Positions 55,506-64,000 of a DNA stretch of 64,000 nt are shown here, piece by piece. This stretch comes from Dictyostelium discoideum. Taxonomy: Eukaryota. The stretch lies in contig CM000153.2 in the NCBI GenBank assembly GCA_000004695.1, forward strand, positions 3,616,001 through 3,680,000, given 5' to 3'. The notes beneath the pieces were generated by a model. The model searched no databases and was not told where the DNA came from. It saw only the letters and a program-made list of their open reading frames with translations. Positions within the stretch are counted from its first letter, which is position 1. Each line of letters starts with the position of its first letter. Both the position numbers and the translations under genes were made by a program.

Positions 55506-56240
55506 GTTAGGAAAAGTGAAAAAAAAGTAGAGGGCAGGAAAAGTTGAAAAAAAAGTTGAGGGAAGGAAGAGTTTAAAAAAAAAAAGTTGAGAGAAGGAAA
55601 AGTTGAAAAATAGAAAAAAAAAAGAATTGAAACAAAATAAAAAATAAAAGAAAATATAATACAAACCTGTGCATGAAGGAGCTGTTCCTGTATAACCGCT
55701 TGGACAAACTGCTGAATAAATTTCTAGGTACCTAACATCTGTGATTGTTCCTTTTCCTTTTGTACATAAATTTTTAGTAGCATCAGATGTTATTGGTTTA
55801 GAATTTGATTCAACCATATCACCTTGATTTGAACAAAATGAAACAACCAAATATCTATTGGTTGTTGAGAAGGTGATTGTACCAATTGTATAGGCTTGAT
55901 AACCACCACAATTTAGCACTGATGAGAAAAGAACTTCTGTAGTGAAGCCTCCAACATCTAAAATGTCTACACACCAATACCAAGTTAATTGATTATTTGT
56001 AATTGGTGCAGTTCTGACTGGGTATTCCACTGACCATCCGGATGGACATGGATTTGCAGAACCTGATAACCAGTAAAAATCACTCTTTGAACCTGATCTA
56101 CAAGTGGCTGTAGTAATTTGAGTTATAACTTGTTTAACACATGCTCCATTAGCTAATGTTGTTCCTGCTGGACATGTTTGACAAAATACTCTCCCCAAAA
56201 AAATTAATAAAAATATAAAATTTAAAAATAATGACTTCAT
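50930..56240 (-). CDS. Large type-I membrane protein: signal peptide plus a roughly 170-aa N-terminal domain, more than 25 tandem calcium-binding EGF repeats, IPT/TIG domains, one TM helix and a short basic tail. Exons 56240..55667 and 55431..50930; about 1,690 aa. ComC/Tgr-like adhesion/signalling architecture.
   Basis: Exon 1: MKSLFLNFIFLLIFLGRVFCQTCPAG...CPSGYTGTAPSCTG, GTTTGT donor, phase 1. Exon 2 starts (D)INECSTSNGGC after a TTAATTTAG acceptor. It has DINEC/DIDEC...NGGC...C.N..GS(F/Y).C.C..G(F/Y) repeats throughout, then PIITNFYQKP...(TIG), CPLDCSGKGQCTPSGCVCDIGFTGLSCN, a TM (GVSIGGAAAVAIAGIGAFVF) and RDRKKKKQ. Confidence 0.75.
51700..55431 (-). repeat. Tandem array of about 129-bp units, each coding one cbEGF module, with long stretches of near-identical nucleotides between units
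   Basis: Strings such as acctgaattacatgaacatgagaaactaccaactgaatttgtacaaa recur at about 52915, 53640, 54000, 54130, 54610 and 54730. Confidence 0.8.
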
Positions 56241-56733
56241 TATTATTTTTATATATACACGAAATAGTATGAAATAAAAAAAGGGAAGCTTTAAAAAAAA
56301 AAATATGTGCACGAAAATAATCAAACAATAAATGTGATTAAACAAAAAAATTAGAAAAAATTCGAAAACACAAAAAACTATCTAGATTCCAACCCAAAAA
56401 AAAAGAAGGGCAATGGAAATTATCTAGATTAATATAAAAAAAAGTAAAAAATCATAATCCAACCTCAAAAAAAAAATATCTGATTTTGATTTTTTTTTTT
56501 TATTCCAAACCAACTCCCAAATTTTTTTTATTTTTTTTATTTTTTTTTTTTTTTTAATTTTCCTAAAACACCATAAAATTCTTTTTTTGGTTGCCGGTAC
56601 ATAGATTAAAATATGTTTTTGATTTTTTTTTTTTTTTTAGATGTGCAATTGTGTTTAATTTCGAGCTCAAATTTTTACCAGTGATCAAAATTAATTAATT
56701 TCATAAATTTATTTCTTTATTTTATTTCTTTTT

Positions 56734-56745
<12 letters not shown>

Positions 56746-56826
<81 letters not shown>
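56746..56826. repeat. (ATA)n intergenic microsatellite
   Basis: Direct reading. Confidence 0.9.
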
Positions 56827-56828
<2 letters not shown>

Positions 56829-56944
56829 CTTTAAAAAAATCATAGATTTGCTGTGATATAACTTATTACCTATAATGATAAAAAAGGTATTGAATTAAAA
56901 AATAGAATTGTGGGATTCAATATACTTCAATTCTTTTTTTTAGT

Positions 56945-56987
<43 letters not shown>

Positions 56988-57055
56988 CACTTTTTTTCAT
57001 TTTTTAATTTTTATTTTATTTTTTTTTTTTTTTTTCCAAAAGGTTATAATTAAAA

Positions 57056-57419
57056 ATGTCGAATACAACAACAACCGCAACAACAACAAATATAAATGAA
57101 AATAAAGTTAGAGAAATATATAAAGCCCCAATGAAAATTGGGGAAATTGAATATATACCCTATCAAGGTGAATCACAAATTCAAGATTTAATGAGTTTAA
57201 TAGAGAAAGAATTACCAGAACCATATTCAATTTTCACATATAGATTTTTTTTAAATCAATGGCCAGAGTTATGTTTTTTAGCATATTGTAATGGTCAATT
57301 GATTGGTGTTATCATTTCAAAGAAACAAACCCATAAATTATTAGAAAGAGGTTATATTGGAATGATTGTTGTAGATAAAACATTTAGAAGACAAAAAATT
57401 GGTATGTTTGCTTATTAAA

Positions 57420-57499
<80 letters not shown>

Positions 57500-57826
57500 T
57501 ATTTGGTTTTTTTTTAAAAAAATAATTTAAATAAAACTTTCATTTATAAATATAAAATGGAAATTTCAAACAAATCCATCAATTGAAACCCCATAATAAT
57601 AATAATAAAATTAGGATCAACTCTTATTAAATTAACAATTGAAAAAATGATTGAAATGAAATGTGATGAAGTTGTTTTAGAAACTATTTTTACAAATATT
57701 CAAGCGATTTCATTATATGAAAATTTAGGTTTCACAAGAATAAAAAGATTATTTAGATATTATACAATGGGAGCAGATGCAGTTAGGTTACTTTTACCTT
57801 TGAATGATAAATTTTTAATAAAATAA
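57056..57826 (+). CDS. N-alpha-acetyltransferase 30 (NatC catalytic subunit, Mak3 homolog). Exons 57056..57401 and 57615..57826; about 185 aa.
   Basis: YRFFLNQWPELCFLAYCNGQLIGVIISK...RGYIGMIVVDKTFRRQKIG | [63 protein letters not shown] is collinear with human NAA30 (YRYFIHNWPQLCFLAM...RGYIAMLAVD..YRR.GIGTNLV...[43 protein letters not shown]). GTATGT donor at 57402. TTAG acceptor at 57613/14. The intron contains (TTA)n. Confidence 0.85.
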
Positions 57827-58058
57827 AAAAACCAAAATAAATCATTTCAAAGCTTTTTTTTGGTTTTTGTAATTATAAAATTATATTTTTTATTATCTTT
57901 TTTTTTTAATATTTATTCTTTCTTTCTTTTGTTAATTTGTTTTTTTTTTTTTATTTAAAAAAAGGTTAACATCATCTTTATGAATAAAAAAAAAAAACAT
58001 TAAAAATGAAATTTATAGGAATGTAATTTGTGATGAGTTTATTTATTTTTTTTTTCTC

Positions 58059-60096
58059 TTAATTAGATTTTGGAGGTCTTCCTCTACCTCTTTTAGATGG
58101 CGTTAAATTAACATTATTATTAATATTGTTATTATTATTATTGTTTTTAAAGCTTGGTCTACCTCTTCCTTTTGGTTTTGATTTTGGTTTTTCTAATAGA
58201 TTTAAAAATTCTTCATCATCAATATCACCACCATTATTTGATTCAGACTCACTTCCATCCTCACCACTATATCCATCCTCACCACCGCTTTCATTATCGC
58301 TATTATTATTACTATTTACATCTGATTGATCTTCGTCTTCTTCTTCTTCACTTTGATCAATCTTTTTTCTTCCTCTCTTTCTTGGTGTTGTTACTTTTGG
58401 TGTTGTTTGTTTTGATCTTGGTTTTGGTTTTGGTTTTTCTTGATAATCTTCTTCGTCCTCTTCTTGATTATTATCATCTTCATCTTCATCTTCAAATATT
58501 AACCTATTCGTTCTTTGTCTCTTTGTTATTGGTTCAGTTTGATTTTTAATTGATTTTCTCTTTTTATTGGTTGAATCTCCATCATTATCGTCATCGTCAT
58601 CATCATCATTATAATCATTATCAGTACCATTTTGGTTTTTATCGTCATTATCTGAATCATCTAAAATCTTTCCGCCATTTTGATGAGATGAATTATTATC
58701 ATCAATGAAACCATCATCATCACTTTCTTCATTTGACTGATTTGAACGAGATCTGGTGAGTCTACCTGTAATTAATCTCTTTGACGGTGTAGATGAAGTT
58801 GTAGTGGTAGTTGTAGTGGTGGTGGTGGTAGCGTTAGCCTTCTTTCTTCCTCTTTTCGATGGAGTTCTATTTACATTGATGCCACCTTCATCCTCTGAAG
58901 GACTTAATAATGATCTTGTGATATTTTTACCAGTTTTTGAATTATCATGTTCAGAATCTGATATACTAATATCACCTTCTAAACCATCACCATTACGACT
59001 TTTATTATTACCATGATTATTATTTGCAAGATTATCATCATCATCATCATCATCATTTGTTACACCACTAACCATACTATCATCCTCATCATCCAATTGA
59101 CTATCATCTTTATCGGCAGCCATCGATTTCAAAGTGAAAGAATCGAAACTACCACCACTTTGTAATAATATATCAGATGGAGTATAATTTGCAGCTTCTT
59201 TTAATATATCAGAGATCCTATGAAAAACCAATTTTGAGTTCTTTGCAACCATTGTATTTGGTTTATTATAAACGTAAGCATCAATCATAATTAACTTTGC
59301 ATCGAAATAGATTGCATCCAAACTTCTATAATAACTTGACTCTAATCTTTTTATAATTGTACTAATATCCATTGGATGTGGAACAAATCTAATATACAAT
59401 GGATATAATTTCAAATCTACAGGTTCACTATAAATATCGGTGATTTCGTCATTCTCTAAAAATTCTTTCATCTCTTTCTTTAAATTTTCAATCTTTTCAT
59501 CTTCAATACTTTCAACATATTGGATTTTAATTCTTAATATATTATCTTTAAAATTATTATTATTATTATTATTATTGTTGTTGTTGTTGTTGTTATTATT
59601 ATTATTAGATGTTTCTGTTGTGGTAGTGGTAGTGGTAGTAGTATTTGAAGTAGTTGCAGTTGGGGGTGAATTAAAATTGTTATTGGTATTATAATTCATA
59701 ATATTTGAAGAGCTATTATTAAAATTACTATAGTTTGTATTGAAATTATTGGTATAATTGTAATTTGTAGGTTGTAACTGTGAATTATAATAGATATTGT
59801 TTAATTGAGGTTGTTGTTGATTTTGCATGGTAGAATTTTGAGGATAGGTTTGCATATACATATTTGAATTGTTTGGGTCAAGATATGAATAATTTGAAGT
59901 ATTGTTGTTCATCATCATACCATTATAATTTCCTTGATACATATTATAATTCATAAAATTATTATTATTATTATTAAAATTTGTATAATCTAAAATTCCA
60001 CTCATTGATAAATTATTATTACTATTATAGTTGAAATTATTATTATTATTATTATTATTATTACCGCTATAATCAACTAAGCCACCATTTAAACTA

Positions 60097-60182
<86 letters not shown>

Positions 60183-60808
60183 TACATTGGTATTGTTAAT
60201 TGATAATTGTTGGTTATTTTGTATTGGTTGTTGTTGTGGTTGTTGTTGTGGTTGTTGTTGTTGTTGTTGTTGATTATTTTCAATAACTTTTTCATTTTCA
60301 TTTTCATCTTTGATTTCTTTAATTTTTTGAGGATTTTGATCATCGTCAAATTTTTCATCAATTTCCCAATAATTAACTCTGTCTTCTTCTTCAGTATCAT
60401 CCCAAAGTACTTTAATATTCTCCCAAGGACTATTTGGAAAGAGAGGATCAGAATCAGAGATTTCAATGATTGTACCATTATACCAACCACTTGCAGGATA
60501 AAACATTCTAAAACGTTTATTTGGAACGGTCCAATCTGTAAGCATAGATTTTCTAACCTTTGATGCCAATACTAAATAATCTGGAATATCAGAGACATGA
60601 TAAATAACCGTATAAAAGTTTGATTCATCATTTTGATTTTGTGGTGGTACTTGTTGATCAAACACAGGTAATAATGTAATTACAACTTTATGAGTACCAT
60701 CTGGTGATATAAAATAATTTAAATTCTTAATAATACATTCTTGATAACTCTTTTTAATAATTTTTTGACTATCATCATCATCACTATTAATTTGTTGATC
60801 ATCAACAC

Positions 60809-60881
<73 letters not shown>

Positions 60882-63800
60882 ATTATTATTATTTAAAATA
60901 TAATTAACTATTGATTTATTATCTAAATTTGATTCAATTCCATTTGGTGGGAATTTCTCTAAATATTTGGTATGACCTTGATAGAAATAGAAAATGAAAT
61001 CACCAACTTGTGGTGAATAGAATGTTTCGGATGTTGTGGAAGTAATAGATAACCATTTTGGACAAACTGGTAAAATTTCTTTCTTTTTTCTAATATCATT
61101 TAATTTCTTTAATGCACTTGCTGTAAGATGATTTTGGTTGTGAGAGGTGGAGGAGGAGGAGGATGTTGATGATTTCTTTCTACCTCTTTTTTGAACTTTC
61201 TTATTTTTAACATTTTTTTTACCTTTTTTATTTCTTTTACTTTTATCACCACGCTTATTTTTGTTTGATTTTGATCCAGAATAATCTGAATCACTACCAT
61301 TAGCGCTACTATCATTTTCGCTACTATTATCACTACTATTGTCGCTATCATCATCACCACCACCACCACCACCATCACTACCATTATAACTTTCGCTACC
61401 ACTAAATTCATCATTATCATATCTATTTCTATGTTCATAATCATTATCATCACTATCTAAAATATTATCATTTAAATATTGATCATCATCATCCATTTCA
61501 ATTTCACCATCGTTTATTAAATTGTAACGTTTCTTTTGTTTATTGGATAAACGTTTATTGGAGACAGCTTTTCTATTATTATTATTACTATTATTATCAT
61601 CATCCTCTGGTAAATCAAAAGTATTCATAATTTCATTAAATTTAGAAGGACTTGTATTCCTTCTAGTGAATTTTTTAGATTGCTTTAATAGACGTTTCTT
61701 TCTTTTATCGGCTTTAATTTTAGATTTCTTTCTTGTTGACATTTTCTTACCATCACTATCATAGTCTTCGTCATCGTCATCATCATCATCATCATCCTGT
61801 TGTTGTTGTTGATGCTGTTGTTGTTGTTCATCTTCTGATGAATTTTCTGAAGCATCAGATGGATTAAAATCTTCATCAGATGGATCACTTGGAAAAATGA
61901 TTTCATCATCAATGATTTCCTCTTCAATTTGATCCCATGGTCTACGTGGTTTTTTTGGTATTTTTTTAGGTTGAGGTTTTGGTTCAGATGCAACGAAAAT
62001 AACAATTGGATGAGATGGGATATTGGAAGGATTACCTTGGTTAAAAGTATAAACTTCACGTCTTTCAAATTCCTTTTGAATTTTTAAATCTCTCTTATAG
62101 TTTGAAGTATTTTTGTAAGGTTCTAAATGATAGATAGCATCTTGATCAGTGAAATTATAATGATCTGGATAAGGTAAACCTTGATAATTGACCAACATTG
62201 CTCTTGGCATGAGATGGGGTGGTGTTTGAGTGAGTTCATCCAAAACATTTCCATTGGCATCACGAATTAATGGATGATAATCTGTTAAAAAGTATTGTTC
62301 GTTTGGTACTAATTTCTTTAGATTATTAATATCGGAACCTAAACCCAACTCAAACATAAACCATTTTCCAGTCGAATTTGTCACAATGAATTTTTGACCA
62401 TCGGGTGAGAAACAACCATCTAAAATCTGACATTGAAAACCTGGTTCTTGTAAAACGAATTTCTTTATAATCTCACCAGTTTCAATTGACCATAGAATCA
62501 CTTGAGAGTCATAACCTGAACTCATTATCAATCTTGAATCGAACGGATGACAACTAGTTACATAGACCTCTGATGTATGTTCAGCCATTTCCAAATGAAA
62601 ACTACCATCCAATGAATTCCAAACCCTAATCATATTGTAATCGGTGGTGATGATAAAACGATCGTCATGTGACCAAATCACATTTTTAAAGGTTGCTTTT
62701 GATCTTGCCACTTTTTTAGGATGACTATTTGCTTGATTTGGACGTTGAGTATTTTTAATATTAAAAATTACATGATCCCATTTTGGTCCACCACTATGTC
62801 TCCAAATGATAACGGTACCATCATAACTACCCGACACAATTGCATCACTACCATGACTATATTGTAATGCTAAAATTGTAGTTGGATGACCCTCTAATGT
62901 ATTTACCAATTTTGGTGGATTAAATAATGTTGACCAAATCTTTAATGAACTATCAACACTAGCTACAATTAATGTACCACCTTTATTCATTGTTGTACCT
63001 GTAATTTCATTAGTTTTACCTGGTGTTGTTGTTGTTGTTGTTGTTGCTATTGTTGCTGTTGCTGTTGTTGCTGTTGTTGTTATTGCCGTTGTTATCGTAG
63101 TTGCAGTCAATATTGGTACTTCAGCATCTGTAATCATCTCTGTATCTATTTGTTCATCATTAATATTACCTGTATTGATTGTACTTTGACTACCATTATC
63201 ATTTAATGATAAAGAAATTACATGATTTGATTTATCTAAATTCCAAAGTTTACATTGACCAAATGAATCACTCGATACTAATAATCTAGTGGTTGGATTT
63301 GATAAAAAAGAGATTGAAGTGATCGTATTATTAACAGATGGATCATGACCAGTCAATGATGCTATTGAATCATATTGATTTGAATTTAAATTCCAAATTC
63401 TAATGACATTATCATTTGAAGCAGTTGCAAGTAAACTATTATCAAAACTTGTACACATATCTGTAATATCACCTAAATGACCTCTTAAAGTTGCAATTAA
63501 TCTACCACTATATGTTGACCAAACTTTAACTAAATGGTCATCTGATCCTGTAAAATATAATCTACCAGATTTGTCAAATTGTAAACAATATGTTGGTGCT
63601 TTATGACCATATACTATTAAACTCTAAATAATAAAAATTATTATTATTAATATAAAAATAAAAATAAATAAAAATTCAAAAAATAATAAATACATACATT
63701 TTTAAAATTTGAATAAAATGAAATTGGTAATTGACTTGTTGATTTCAAAGATTTACTTATAACTTCTTGACCAGAAAGTTTAACTGGTATTGGTATACTA

Positions 63801-64000
63801 AAATCGAATGGATTCTCGGTGAATCTCATCATTGTAAATGATTTATATCTATTTCTTTGAATTGATAATATATTATTATTATTATTTATATCCTCATTCT
63901 TTGATTTTGAAATTGTTTGTTGTTGCTGTTGTTGCTGTTGTTGTTGCTGCTGTTGAATATCTATATCTGGTACAGTTGTTGGTAATATCGGTATTTGTGG
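58059..64000 (-). CDS. BRWD/PHIP-like bromodomain and WD-repeat protein, 3' part of the gene (the start lies beyond the window end). Exons at least 64000..63698 and 63623..58059.
   Basis: N-terminal WD40 repeats (YGHKAPTYCLQFDKSGRLYFTGSDDHLVKVW; GHLGDITDM; SGSYDGTVIIWRH; SSGYDSQVILWS). Long N/Q/S/D-rich low-complexity spacers. A bromodomain (PVDLKLYPLYIRFVPHPMDISTIIKRLESSYYRSLDAIYFDAKLIMIDAYVYNKPNTMVAKNSKL). Basic K/R-rich C-terminus. An upstream exon is joined through a 74-nt intron (GTATGTA donor, TATTTAG acceptor), and its frame stays open to the window edge. Confidence 0.7.
60101..60180 (-). repeat. (AAT)n poly-N codon repeat within the BRWD-like gene; a second tract lies at 60807-60888
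   Basis: Direct reading (tta/att repeats on plus). Confidence 0.9.

Noticed and set aside
58126-62068. Plus- and minus-strand low-complexity ORFs (poly-L, poly-V, poly-M/I) overlapping the BRWD-like gene
   Set aside because: Products of AAT/TTG/GAT repeats in alternative frames; the long minus-strand frame carries the WD40 and bromodomain signatures.

Overview
The window is AT-rich (about 75-80% A+T) eukaryotic nuclear DNA with the hallmarks of Dictyostelium discoideum. These are long pure (CAA)n/(AAT)n tracts coding poly-Q/poly-N, short AT-rich introns with GTAAGT/GTATGT donors and AG acceptors, FNIP-repeat and EGF/TIG surface proteins, and tRNA-gene-targeted non-LTR retroelements. All annotation is by eye from translation and recalled family signatures; nothing was searched.

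Genes from left to right:
- The 3' seven exons of a MARCH6/TEB4/Doa10-type ER ubiquitin-ligase gene (+).
- An N/K-rich hypothetical protein (+).
- A short divergent Hsp70 that looks like HSPA14/Hsp70L1 (+).
- A PX+C2 domain protein (+).
- cdk7 (+).
- Mediator subunit Med18 (+).
- A LENG1/Cir_N-domain protein (-).
- Glyoxalase II (-).
- A 767-aa hypothetical protein (-).
- Deoxyhypusine synthase (+).
- A giant five-exon gene of about 5,550 codons with two dynein/midasin-class AAA+ modules (+).
- cadA/DdCAD-1 (+).
- An intron-containing tRNA-Tyr(GUA) (+).
- A FNIP-repeat protein (+).
- A Ser/Thr-rich, probably GPI-anchored PsA-like protein (+).
- A roughly 1,690-aa protein with an N-terminal domain, more than 25 cbEGF repeats, TIG domains and a TM helix (-).
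- NAA30/Mak3 N-acetyltransferase (+).
- A BRWD/PHIP-like WD40+bromodomain gene that runs off the 3' edge (-).

The most interesting locus is the tRNA-Tyr gene, which sits in a retroelement nest. At least three tandem short poly(A)-terminated elements lie head-to-head upstream of it. Downstream are an external B box and then a TRE3-type L1-like retrotransposon, which has an assembly gap and lacks an endonuclease domain. The retrotransposon's 3' end abuts an inverted, frameshifted duplicate of the EGF gene's N-terminal domain. That duplicate itself carries a 42-bp poly(A) micro-insertion flanked by a 9-bp duplication.
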